From Candidatus Woesearchaeota archaeon (GTDB lineage: Archaea; Nanobdellota; Nanobdellia; Pacearchaeales; GW2011-AR1): DNA of 53,549 bases. Positions 24,783 through 33,407 of this stretch are shown here, one piece after another. The stretch spans positions 1 to 53,549 of the forward strand of contig CAYOFN010000002.1 in NCBI GenBank assembly GCA_964403535.1, read 5' to 3'. The notes under the pieces are model-generated. The model was given only the letters and a program-made list of their open reading frames with translations. It was not told where the DNA came from and ran no database searches. The position numbers and the translations under genes are program-made. Each line of letters starts with the position of its first letter. The stretch's first letter is position 1.

Positions 24783-25631
24783 TTATACTTTCCCAGTCTG
24801 CTTCCAACCTTTTCCTTTTTTCATTAATTCAGAAAGCTGAGGCCATTTTTCTTCAAGTGTTGGCTCACGAGTTTCATATAAAATTCCAAGGGGAATTTTC
24901 CCACTTTTGCTGTTATAATCAAATTCATCTGCAATTTTTTCAGCTTTTGATTTATCTTTATTATCTGGAATTTTATACATCAATTTATCTTTATTATTTG
25001 CGTCTATATTGAAAATTAAGCAGTCCTGTATTATTTCAACAAATGAGAAACCTTTATGCTGAATTGCTTTTTCAATAATTTCAGCTGTGTGCGTGATATC
25101 TTTGGCATTTGCCCTTGCAATAAATGTTGCTCCTGCTGCTAGTGCAAGTTTTACTGGATTAAATGGCTTATTAAACTCTCCTAATGGCTCTGATTTTGCT
25201 TTAAAACCTTGTTGTGATGTAGGTGTTGGCTGTCCTGTTGTCAAGGAAAAAGACTGATTATCATGAACAATGAGAGTCATATCTGCATTATACCTGAAAT
25301 TATGTATAAAATGAGCCATGCCTTCTGCATATGTATCTCCATCACCTGCAAATCCAATTACTTTTAGATTAGGATTTCCAAGCTTAACTCCAAGACTAGT
25401 AGGAATAACTCTTCCATGCAAACCATAAATTCCTGAGATATTTAAATAATCAAAAATTTTAGCATGACATCCGATTCCAGTTACCATTGCAAACTCTTCT
25501 TGCTTTGCTTGCTTTTTGTCAATTAAATTTGTAATTGCTCTTTTCACACTTTCAAGTATCATATGATTCGGGCATCCTGGACACCATGTATTTATGTTTT
25601 TTGTGTTGAGTTTTTCTTTTGTATTTGTCAT
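24783..25631 (-). CDS. 2-oxoacid:ferredoxin oxidoreductase, beta (TPP-binding) subunit
   Basis: 282 aa with CPGCPNH, GIGCHAK and GDGDTYAEG motifs. Confidence 0.9.
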   Translation of the reverse strand: MTNTKEKLNTKNINTWCPGCPNHMILESVKRAITNLIDKKQAKQEEFAMVTGIGCHAKIFDYLNISGIYGLHGRVIPTSLGVKLGNPNLKVIGFAGDGDTYAEGMAHFIHNFRYNADMTLIVHDNQSFSLTTGQPTPTSQQGFKAKSEPLGEFNKPFNPVKLALAAGATFIARANAKDITHTAEIIEKAIQHKGFSFVEIIQDCLIFNIDANNKDKLMYKIPDNKDKSKAEKIADEFDYNSKSGKIPLGILYETREPTLEEKWPQLSELMKKGKGWKQTGKV

Positions 25632-25632
25632 A

Positions 25633-27189
25633 TTACTTCAATCTCTTCTTTATTTCATTTTTAAGCTCGTCGCTTAAAAACGGCCTTGCATCATATTTTA
25701 AAATTCTATTTTCAGCAGGAATTGAAATTCCTGTTTTTTCTCGCAAAAGTCTTCCAAGCTGTCCTGTTAAATTATTTTCCACAAGGATAATATTTTTTGC
25801 TTTTTGCATTTCTTCTTTTATCTTATTGCTCAGAGGTTTTAAATAAAGAACTTGTAAAAACTTTGCATCAAGCAAATCTTTCTCGCCAGAGTCAACACCA
25901 ATTGCATCTAAAATAGCGGTTTTTGTGCTTCCCCATCCAATTACAAGATTTTTGCTTTCTTTTTTACCAAAAATCTTAATCATCTGAAATTTCTCAGATT
26001 CCTTTTTTATTTGATTATATTTTTCAATTCTTGCTTCTGCATTTGCTTTTGTTATTTCAACATCCTCAGTTGTGTTTCCAAATTTATCATGCTCATATGA
26101 GCTTGCTTTGACAATTGCCTCTCCAGGTATTTTTCTTTTTACATCTACTTTTAATATTTTATTTGGTTTTCTGTCTGATGAAAATTCACTTTCAGCTAAA
26201 TGCTTATCACTTAAGATTATTGATAAAGCATTAAATTTCTCAGATAAATAAAACGCTTCATTTGTTTTTTCAACACACTCAATCGGGTCTCCTGGCGCTA
26301 TTACTACTCTTGGAAACTCCCCGTGTCCTGCTCTAAGAGCTATATCTAAATCTCCCTGAGTAGTATACGTAGGAACTCCTGTTCCAGGTCCTGGGCGAGC
26401 AGCTAAGTAAACCACAAGAGGAATCTCACTTTGTCCTTGAAACGACAAAGCCTCTGTCATTAAATCAAATCCTCCGCCACTACTTCCAATCATAACTTTT
26501 GCACCTGTAAAACTAGCTCCTAATGCAGAATTTGCAACAGCAATTTCATTTTCTTCCTGAAAAACCATAAACTGCTTGTTCTTATCTTTTAATTGCTTTT
26601 CTGCTAATTCATTTAAAACACCAGTAGCCGGGGTCATTGGATATGCAAAATATAGATTAATCCCAGAATTAATTGCTCCTTCACTTACACCTATATTTCC
26701 ATTCATAATTGTAATATTATTATTTAATTTTTTTAATGAGTATCTTGATTCTTCAGAATCATATCCTTTTTCAGCTGCTTTAATTGATTCTGGAAAATTT
26801 AATTGTTCTTTTATTTCTTTAATTAAATTTTCTTGTGAAATCCCAAGTATTTTTATTAAAGCTCCTGCTTGTGCCACATTTAAATTTCTCCCGAGCTCCT
26901 GAAATCTTTCAAAACTTATTTTAAATGCATTTTTCTTCAGTTCTTTTTCATGAATTGGAATCGTTCGCTCGTCCATAGCAATAATACCATCTATTTTGCT
27001 CTCTGAACTTCCAATTTTCTTGTCAGATACAGAAAGTATATTAAAATTATGCCCCCCGCGTATTAAACTTGGGTACTCTCTATAGTTGAATGTAAAATAT
27101 CCCTGCTTAATTAAAATTCTTGAAACAATTTCAGAGATCTTATTAATCCCTTGCCCTGCTTTTCCTCCGATTAGAATGTTGAGTTTCAT
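25633..27189 (-). CDS. 2-oxoacid:ferredoxin oxidoreductase, fused gamma-alpha subunit
   Basis: 518 aa. N-terminal gamma-type domain (IGGKAGQGINKISEIV...RGGHNFNILSVSD) followed by an alpha-type domain (FAYPMTPATG...GSSGGGFDLM). Its stop lies 1 nt from the beta start. Confidence 0.9.
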   Translation of the reverse strand: MKLNILIGGKAGQGINKISEIVSRILIKQGYFTFNYREYPSLIRGGHNFNILSVSDKKIGSSESKIDGIIAMDERTIPIHEKELKKNAFKISFERFQELGRNLNVAQAGALIKILGISQENLIKEIKEQLNFPESIKAAEKGYDSEESRYSLKKLNNNITIMNGNIGVSEGAINSGINLYFAYPMTPATGVLNELAEKQLKDKNKQFMVFQEENEIAVANSALGASFTGAKVMIGSSGGGFDLMTEALSFQGQSEIPLVVYLAARPGPGTGVPTYTTQGDLDIALRAGHGEFPRVVIAPGDPIECVEKTNEAFYLSEKFNALSIILSDKHLAESEFSSDRKPNKILKVDVKRKIPGEAIVKASSYEHDKFGNTTEDVEITKANAEARIEKYNQIKKESEKFQMIKIFGKKESKNLVIGWGSTKTAILDAIGVDSGEKDLLDAKFLQVLYLKPLSNKIKEEMQKAKNIILVENNLTGQLGRLLREKTGISIPAENRILKYDARPFLSDELKNEIKKRLK

Positions 27190-27389
27190 TTTAGAGTTTT
27201 TAAGATATTCAATTTAAATAATTCTATTGAATTAATATCATCACAACAAGGATATTTTAACTTATTAATTAATAAATCTTTTTCTGTTATTATTAAATTT
27301 ATTGGTTTAAGCTGTCTTTGCATTTTTCCTTTAGTTTTACCTAATTTTCCTGCTTTTATTTTTAAAGAAAAGTTTAGAGATATTTAAAT

Positions 27390-29336
27390 TTATGCTTGAG
27401 ATTGAGAACTCTCAATCATCCCCTTAATTTTCTCAACACACTCAGGATTAACCAGAGTCATTAATCCTGCAGGATCCTCACCAGCAAGCAAATTCTTCAG
27501 AATTCTTCTCATTATTTTCCCAGAACGAGTTTTTGGCAAGTCTTCAACAAAATAAACTTTAGCAGGACGCGCAGTAGGCCCTATCTTCTTATCAACATGT
27601 TTTTTAATATCTTTTTCAAGTTCTTCAAATCCTTCAGGAGAAACTTGCTTTTTCAAAACAACAAATGCAACAGGCACCTGTCCTTTAATTTTGTCAGGAA
27701 TAGGAACAACAGCAGCCTCACCGACTAAAGAACTTTCATCAATTGCATTTTCAAGTTCAGCAGTCGCTAATCTATGTCCTGCAACTTTCATAACATCATC
27801 TGTCCTTCCAGTAACTCTTATCAAGCCTTCTTTATTCTCATAAGCTCCGTCACTTGTATCATATAATTTTTTAAATCTTTTCCAGTAAGTTTCAACATAT
27901 TTTTCATGATTTTTCCAAACCCCATGAAGCAATCCTGGTGCAAATGGAGGACACTGTACTAAATTTCCTGTTTCCCCTTTCTTAACTTCCTTGCTTTTAT
28001 CATCAACAATCTTGTGCATTGTTCCAGGAAAAGAAATTCCTGCTACAGTGGGAACAAACGGCCCGATTCCAGGAAGAACATTAATCAAAGTGCCTCCTGT
28101 TTCTGTCTGCCACCAAGTATCAATTAAAGGGCATCTTGATTTCCCAATATTCTTAAAATACCATCTCCATGATTCTTCATCAATTGGTTCTCCAACTGTT
28201 CCAAGAATCTTCAGACTTGAAAGTTTCCTGCTTTTCAAGTACTTATCATCAGCTCTCATAAACATTCTTATTGCAGTTGGTGCAGTGTAAAAAACAGAAA
28301 CTTTGTTTTTTTCAACAATCTCCCACCATCTTCCAATATTCGGAAAATCAGGAGCTCCTTCATAAATTAAAGTAATGGAGCCATTAAGCAAAGGTCCGTA
28401 AATCGCATATGTATGTCCTGTAATCCATCCAATATCTGCAGTGCACCACATTACATCTTTTTCATGCAAATTAAAATTCCATTTTGTTGTCCAGTAAGCC
28501 TGAACAGCATACCCCCCAGTATCATGAACAACTCCTTTTGGCTTTCCTGTTGTTCCACTAGTATACAAGATGAACATAATATCCTCAGAACTCATAATTT
28601 CTGGTTTGCAATAAGGTTTTGCTTTTTTAATCTCTCTTTCAAAATCTAGATGTTCTTTCTTTAATTTTTCTCCAAGCCTTCTTGCCACAATTATTTTTTT
28701 CACAGAAGTATTTTTTGCAGCTTCTTCTGCCTTATCAAGCAATCTTTCTTTTTTCCCTCTTCGGTAATATCCATCAGCAGTTATCAAAACTTTTGCTTTT
28801 CCATCTTCAATTCTTGCTTTTAGAGCATCTGCTGAAAATGCAGAAAATACTACACTATGAATTGCACCTATGCGAGTACATGCAAGCATTGCAATTGCTG
28901 CTTCTGGAATCAAAGGCATATAAACAGCAACCCTGTCACCTTTTTTTACCCCCATTCCTCTGAGCACATTTGCAAATCTGTTGACTTTGTCATATAACTC
29001 CTGATAAGTTATATTCTGAACTTTTTCTTTAGTTGGCTCAGGCACAAAAATCAGAGCAGTTTGATTTGCTTTTCCTTCTTCAATATGCCTGTCAAGACAA
29101 TTTACAGAAAAATTTAATTTTCCTCCAACAAACCATTTAAAATAAGGTGATTTTTCTTCATATGTTTTTTTCCATTTTTCTTCCCATTGTAATCCCTCTT
29201 GAGCCAATTTCTCCCAGAACTTAATAGGATCTTTCGCAGATTCTTCATAAATTTTAGCATCTTTCACAAAAGCAATTTTCTTCATCTCTGAACTTGGCCA
29301 GAAAACTCCATTCTTTTTTGTTATGTAGTTTGTCAT
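27390..29336 (-). CDS. acs: Acetyl-CoA synthetase (AMP-forming)
   Basis: 648 aa with YTSGTTGKPKG, WWQTETGG and the C-terminal PKTRSGKIMRR motif. Confidence 0.95.
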   Translation of the reverse strand: MTNYITKKNGVFWPSSEMKKIAFVKDAKIYEESAKDPIKFWEKLAQEGLQWEEKWKKTYEEKSPYFKWFVGGKLNFSVNCLDRHIEEGKANQTALIFVPEPTKEKVQNITYQELYDKVNRFANVLRGMGVKKGDRVAVYMPLIPEAAIAMLACTRIGAIHSVVFSAFSADALKARIEDGKAKVLITADGYYRRGKKERLLDKAEEAAKNTSVKKIIVARRLGEKLKKEHLDFEREIKKAKPYCKPEIMSSEDIMFILYTSGTTGKPKGVVHDTGGYAVQAYWTTKWNFNLHEKDVMWCTADIGWITGHTYAIYGPLLNGSITLIYEGAPDFPNIGRWWEIVEKNKVSVFYTAPTAIRMFMRADDKYLKSRKLSSLKILGTVGEPIDEESWRWYFKNIGKSRCPLIDTWWQTETGGTLINVLPGIGPFVPTVAGISFPGTMHKIVDDKSKEVKKGETGNLVQCPPFAPGLLHGVWKNHEKYVETYWKRFKKLYDTSDGAYENKEGLIRVTGRTDDVMKVAGHRLATAELENAIDESSLVGEAAVVPIPDKIKGQVPVAFVVLKKQVSPEGFEELEKDIKKHVDKKIGPTARPAKVYFVEDLPKTRSGKIMRRILKNLLAGEDPAGLMTLVNPECVEKIKGMIESSQSQA

Positions 29337-29372
29337 CTTTCCTATTTTTGGATTTTCTTTGATTTAAATTTT

Positions 29373-29906
29373 TTATTTCAACTTTCTAATTTTTTTAGCA
29401 GGTATTCCTCCCCAGAGCTCATTAGATGGGATATCTTTATTTACAAGGCTAAACATAGAGACAGTGGAATTTTCTCCAATATTAACTCCAGATCTTATAA
29501 CACTAAAAGCTCCAATAAGAACATTTTTCCCAATATGAACTTTTCCTAGTCTTATTTTACTCCGAGTAAACTCATGAGTCATGATGTGAACTTTATTTCC
29601 AATAATGCTATACTCTTCAATTGAAATTAATTCTGGAAAAACAGAATCAAAATGGGAGGGAGCAAGACTGACATTTTTCCCAATTTTTATACCAACACCT
29701 CTCAATAATACTCTTTTCAATTTCATAGATGGACACAATTTACAAAGTTGAATCACTATAAAATTAAGCGGAACTTTTAAAGGAGTTCTTATCCTCCACC
29801 ATTCAGAAACTGCACCATACTTTTTGTTTCGGTCTAAAATTAATATTTTCTTACTAGGATTTTTAAGAAAATCCATTATTTTTTCTTTTCTTTTATCATT
29901 TGTCAT
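29373..29906 (-). CDS. Hexapeptide-repeat (left-handed beta-helix) acetyltransferase
   Basis: 177 aa. Repeats IGKNVLIGAFSVIRSGVNIGENSTV, then the tail WGGIPAKKI. Confidence 0.75.
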   Translation of the reverse strand: MTNDKRKEKIMDFLKNPSKKILILDRNKKYGAVSEWWRIRTPLKVPLNFIVIQLCKLCPSMKLKRVLLRGVGIKIGKNVSLAPSHFDSVFPELISIEEYSIIGNKVHIMTHEFTRSKIRLGKVHIGKNVLIGAFSVIRSGVNIGENSTVSMFSLVNKDIPSNELWGGIPAKKIRKLK

Positions 29907-29911
29907 CTTCT

Positions 29912-30493
29912 TTATTTTATAAAATACCTTTTATCTTTAATGCCCCTATCCCACAACATTCTTGTATATCCTGTATTATCAATATGCTCTGGATTTATTT
30001 CAAGTTCTTTGAGAACGTTTCTGATTTTCTTTTTTGCAGTCTGTATCTCATGAGGCTGGCATAAATACTCTATTTCAAGATACCATCCAAGATGTTCAAC
30101 TTTATTCAGTTCAATCTCTACTCTTTTGTCTTTTTTCCAGACATACTGCTCTGAGTATTTTCTTTTTTTCATCCACTCTTCAAACCCTAAATCTCTAAAC
30201 AAAGCAAGCATATCTTCAACTTCTTCCCTGCCTTTTAGTTTAAATTCAAACTCCTGTTTAACAACAATATCCTTACTCCAGCATCTTTTCAGCCATTTTT
30301 TAAAATTAACTTCAAACTCTCCTGGTTTGTTTCTTATTCTAAATGCTTTTTTAGGATATCCTTTAATATTTACAGCAAAATAATCATCACCCTTTGTTTG
30401 TTTTTTCACAAACCTTGCTATTTTCTGAAGCCTTGCTCTCATTGCTTTAGGATTATACACATTCACTTTTGTTTCAACTTCCAACCACACCAT
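29912..30493 (-). CDS. CYTH-domain protein (triphosphate tunnel metalloenzyme / CyaB-like)
   Basis: Begins MVWLEVETKV (ExExK motif). Internal ATG 30493 was chosen because the track start at 30571 is TTG. GAGG lies 8 nt upstream of the ATG. Confidence 0.75.
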   Translation of the reverse strand: MVWLEVETKVNVYNPKAMRARLQKIARFVKKQTKGDDYFAVNIKGYPKKAFRIRNKPGEFEVNFKKWLKRCWSKDIVVKQEFEFKLKGREEVEDMLALFRDLGFEEWMKKRKYSEQYVWKKDKRVEIELNKVEHLGWYLEIEYLCQPHEIQTAKKKIRNVLKELEINPEHIDNTGYTRMLWDRGIKDKRYFIK

Positions 30494-30610
30494 TTTATCC
30501 TCTTTTTGTATAAATATGACAACCCCTGCATTTAAATAGATTACTAAAATAAAAAGTTCATTAAACAACAAGGTTTATATTCTAAATCTGAGTGGATATT
30601 CTACTGGAGA

Positions 30611-30961
30611 ATGGTGCTAGAAAAAATAACTCATGTTTATCCATGTACCCTTTTAACAACTGTTCTATCCTCTGTTCCATTAATCGCAGGTTATTTTGGT
30701 TTTCTTGATTTGCCAAGTGTTCTAGGAACTAGCGTAATAACCGCATTTTTTGGAGCTTACTTTAGGATGTCAGAAAGAAAAGATTATGAATTAATTGGTT
30801 CTCTTGTAGACCAAGAGGGACTTGCCTCTATTTTAACTGACTCCTCACTTAAACAATTTCATAATGCAGCAAGAGTCTGGGAAAATGAACACCCTCACCT
30901 ACTCTCTCCAAAACCAGTTCAAAGTTCAGTCTCTTCCCAGAGCCTAAGAAGAGCAGGATAA
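30611..30961 (+). CDS. Hypothetical membrane protein
   Basis: 116 aa with two hydrophobic segments. No motif recognised. Confidence 0.4.
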   Translation: MVLEKITHVYPCTLLTTVLSSVPLIAGYFGFLDLPSVLGTSVITAFFGAYFRMSERKDYELIGSLVDQEGLASILTDSSLKQFHNAARVWENEHPHLLSPKPVQSSVSSQSLRRAG

Positions 30962-30964
30962 TCC

Positions 30965-31342
30965 TTAATCTAAGAAAAAATTCTCATTAAGAACATCAGA
31001 ATGTTCAATCAAGTCCTTTGCATCAATTACACCAACTAACTTTCCTTTTTCAGTAATAGGAAGAATTCTTATATTATGCTCAGCCATAATTGTAGCAGCA
31101 TTATCAACACTTGTATCAATATCAGTACTCTTAACATTTTTGCTCATAATAGAAGAAACTTTGTTTCCAGACTTGTTAAAACTTTTAGTTATGTCTTTTT
31201 CAGTAACTATCCCAATCATCTTCTCTTTTTCAATAATAATCAAACTGCTTATATTTTTACTTGACATAATCTCAGCAGCTTTTTTCACACTAATTCCAGG
31301 TTCAGATACAACTACCTTTCTCATCACATCTTTAAGTTTCAT
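30965..31342 (-). CDS. CBS-domain pair protein
   Basis: 125 aa with two CBS repeats (ISSLIIIEKEKMIGIVTEKDI and IRILPITEKGKLVGVIDAKDL). Confidence 0.85.
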   Translation of the reverse strand: MKLKDVMRKVVVSEPGISVKKAAEIMSSKNISSLIIIEKEKMIGIVTEKDITKSFNKSGNKVSSIMSKNVKSTDIDTSVDNAATIMAEHNIRILPITEKGKLVGVIDAKDLIEHSDVLNENFFLD

Positions 31343-31399
31343 ACTAGTCTCAAAGTCCTGACATATTTAAATGTTTTTAACTCACTCTTATAAATCAGT

Positions 31400-31936
31400 C
31401 TAACCAAGACTCTGCAGTCTCTTTCTATACTCTAAACTAATCAGCCACAAGACTAAAATAACTCCATCTAAAACAGGCTCTATAGTCCCCTGCCACGCAA
31501 GAGGAAAGAGATTAATTAGATTTAATCCAAGTCCTGCACTAGAGATAGGATAAAAAGGCATGATAACTCCTGCAACAAGAGCATCTAAAATTAAGTGGAC
31601 AAAACATCCAAATGCAATAACAAGAAAAATATTTCTTAATTTAAGATGTCTCTCACTTAATTTTCTGTTCTTAAAATTTAAAAATGGAATAGCAAGAACT
31701 ATGAAGAATAATGGAAAAAATAAAGTATGAGTAAATGTTCTGTGTATCTGTCCAAATCCATACCCAAAAAAACTCAGGATATAATAAATAATCACATCAA
31801 TATCAGGAAGCAGTCCAGCAATTCCTCCAATTAAAATATAATGCAAAGGAAAATTTCTTTTATCCTTAACAAAGTAATCTCTGTATAAATCCAGCAATAT
31901 TATTACAATAAATATATGTGTAACTGCTTGTGGCAT
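31400..31936 (-). CDS. Membrane-bound metal-dependent hydrolase (YdjM/DUF457-like)
   Basis: 178 aa, polytopic. N-terminal THIF motif; HRTFTH and HLILD histidine motifs. Confidence 0.65.
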   Translation of the reverse strand: MPQAVTHIFIVIILLDLYRDYFVKDKRNFPLHYILIGGIAGLLPDIDVIIYYILSFFGYGFGQIHRTFTHTLFFPLFFIVLAIPFLNFKNRKLSERHLKLRNIFLVIAFGCFVHLILDALVAGVIMPFYPISSAGLGLNLINLFPLAWQGTIEPVLDGVILVLWLISLEYRKRLQSLG

Positions 31937-31962
31937 TTTTCCTCTTTTTTAAATGACTTTAT

Positions 31963-32223
31963 CTACTCTTCCTTAACCTCATCAAGAGTTTCCTGTTCTT
32001 TCCCACTAGACTTTAAGTCATCTAAACTAATTTTATTCACCATCTCCCTAAACTCAAGAAAGCTATCTGCAGGAATCCTTGTACCAGACTTAGTAAATCC
32101 AGTGTACCTCTCTGATGTTGTAAACTCTCTTATTGTTACTCCAACTCGTCCTCCAAAGTCATCGATTCTTATGACAATATCTGTATTGTCATTTTTCTTT
32201 ATTTTTCCAATGTCTTTTTCCAT
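31963..32223 (-). CDS. PC4/YdbC-like ssDNA-binding protein
   Basis: 86 aa. IGKIKKN..DIVIRIDDFGGRVGVTIREF....FTKSGTRIPADSFLEFREMVNKISLDD matches the PC4 C-terminal-domain pattern (DFkGk..vdIREy...kKGIsL...w..L...i..Id). Confidence 0.6.
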   Translation of the reverse strand: MEKDIGKIKKNDNTDIVIRIDDFGGRVGVTIREFTTSERYTGFTKSGTRIPADSFLEFREMVNKISLDDLKSSGKEQETLDEVKEE

Positions 32224-32346
32224 TTTTTATTCTATCTTAACATATTTATAATTCTTTTGGTTAAGAATTCTTTTGGGGTTACTTCTCTGAAAACTCTTCT
32301 AAAAGGGGATATCCAGTATAGTTTTCCATTTTCCTTTCCAGCTAAA

Positions 32347-32427
32347 CGCCACCACCAGGAGTCGAACCTGGCCACCCCGAAGGGTCTTGGTTAGCAACCA
32401 AGTGCAATACCGCTATGCGATGGTGGC
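32347..32427 (-). tRNA. tRNA-Ser (anticodon GCU), intact, no encoded CCA
   Basis: GCCACCA / TGGTGGC acceptor stem. Anticodon stem CTTGG/CCAAG with loop TTGCTAA. Long variable arm ACCCTTCGGGGT. T arm CCAGG-TTCGACT-CCTGG. Discriminator G. Confidence 0.85.
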
Positions 32428-32523
32428 TTAATATGATGGGTGATTTGTGATATTTTAAGCTTTTGTATTGGTGATTATGATTTTTGATTATTTTTACTAA
32501 CTGTTACACTTTTATAGCCTATC

Positions 32524-32610
32524 TTAGCAACCAAGTGCAATACCTCTACCTGAAGGTTCGTGAAAACCGAGGGGACAGGAATTTTTAATTCCTGTATGCG
32601 ATGGTGGCTT
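32524..32610 (-). pseudogene. Duplicated 5' half of tRNA-Ser(GCU), with a 50-nt insert in the D loop, ending at the anticodon loop
   Basis: 32595-32610 is identical to 32414-32429 (acceptor 5' strand plus start of the D arm). 32524-32544 is identical to 32391-32411 (rest of the D arm through the anticodon loop). The two blocks are separated by a 50-nt insert, CAGGAATTAAAAATTCCTGTCCCCTCGGTTTTCACGAACCTTCAGGTAGA (minus-strand sense). No 3' half follows. Confidence 0.55.
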
Positions 32611-32741
32611 TCCATATCTGCAAAGCAGATATAATATTAATTAATTGTCTATTTTTAAGGTTTTGCGTTATTTTATGTTTCCTCATTTGATTTAATATAT
32701 AGATAAGTTAATCTTTTATAGGGGTACTTCTTTATTAAAAA

Positions 32742-33407
32742 ATGAAAGTAGCTGTGCTTTTTTCAGGAGGCAAAGATTCATGTTTTGCAGCTTTTTTAGC
32801 CAAAAAATATGGGCATGACATAGAATGCTTAATTAGCATTATCTCAAAAAACAAAGAAAGTTATATGTTTCACACTCCTTCTATTCTTAATGTTAAAAAA
32901 CAAGCAGAAATCATGGGTTTGCCACTGATACTCCAACAAACAGAAGGAAGGAAAGAATTAGAATTAAATGATTTAGAAAAAGCAATTAAAACCGCCATAA
33001 CTAAGTATAAAATCCAAGGCATTGTAACAGGAGCAATAGAATCAGTTTATCAGGCATCTAGAGTTCAGAAGATTTGTGATAAATTGAAGTTAGAGTGTTT
33101 TAATCCTCTCTGGCAAAAAGATTCAATAGAACTGCTGAATGATTTAATCAAAAATAAATTCAAGGTTATTATCACAGGAGTTTTTGCATATCCTCTTGAC
33201 AAAACCTGGTTAGAAAGAGAAATTAATGAAAGGTTTATTGAAGATGTAAAGAAATTAAGAGAAAAATACAAAGTTCATCCAGCAGGAGAAGGTGGAGAAT
33301 TTGAAACTTTTGTTCTTGACTGCCCCTTATTTAAAAATTCTTTAAAAATAAAAGATCGGAAGATATACGGAACAAAAAACTCCTGGGCAATGGACTTAGA
33401 GATATGA
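32742..33407 (+). CDS. dph6: Diphthine-ammonia ligase (Dph6 / MJ0570-family PP-loop ATPase)
   Basis: 221 aa with SGGKDS PP-loop, MFHTP, YQASRVQKICDKL..ECFNPLW and HPAGEGGEFETFVLDCPLF. Confidence 0.85.
   Translation: MKVAVLFSGGKDSCFAAFLAKKYGHDIECLISIISKNKESYMFHTPSILNVKKQAEIMGLPLILQQTEGRKELELNDLEKAIKTAITKYKIQGIVTGAIESVYQASRVQKICDKLKLECFNPLWQKDSIELLNDLIKNKFKVIITGVFAYPLDKTWLEREINERFIEDVKKLREKYKVHPAGEGGEFETFVLDCPLFKNSLKIKDRKIYGTKNSWAMDLEI

Noticed and set aside
32252-32741. The tRNA-Ser partial duplication as the boundary of an integrated mobile element
   Set aside because: The two copies are only about 96 nt apart, and the duplicated part is the 5' half. No integrase or other mobile-element gene is visible on either side within the window. 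I keep it only as one alternative explanation in the finding.
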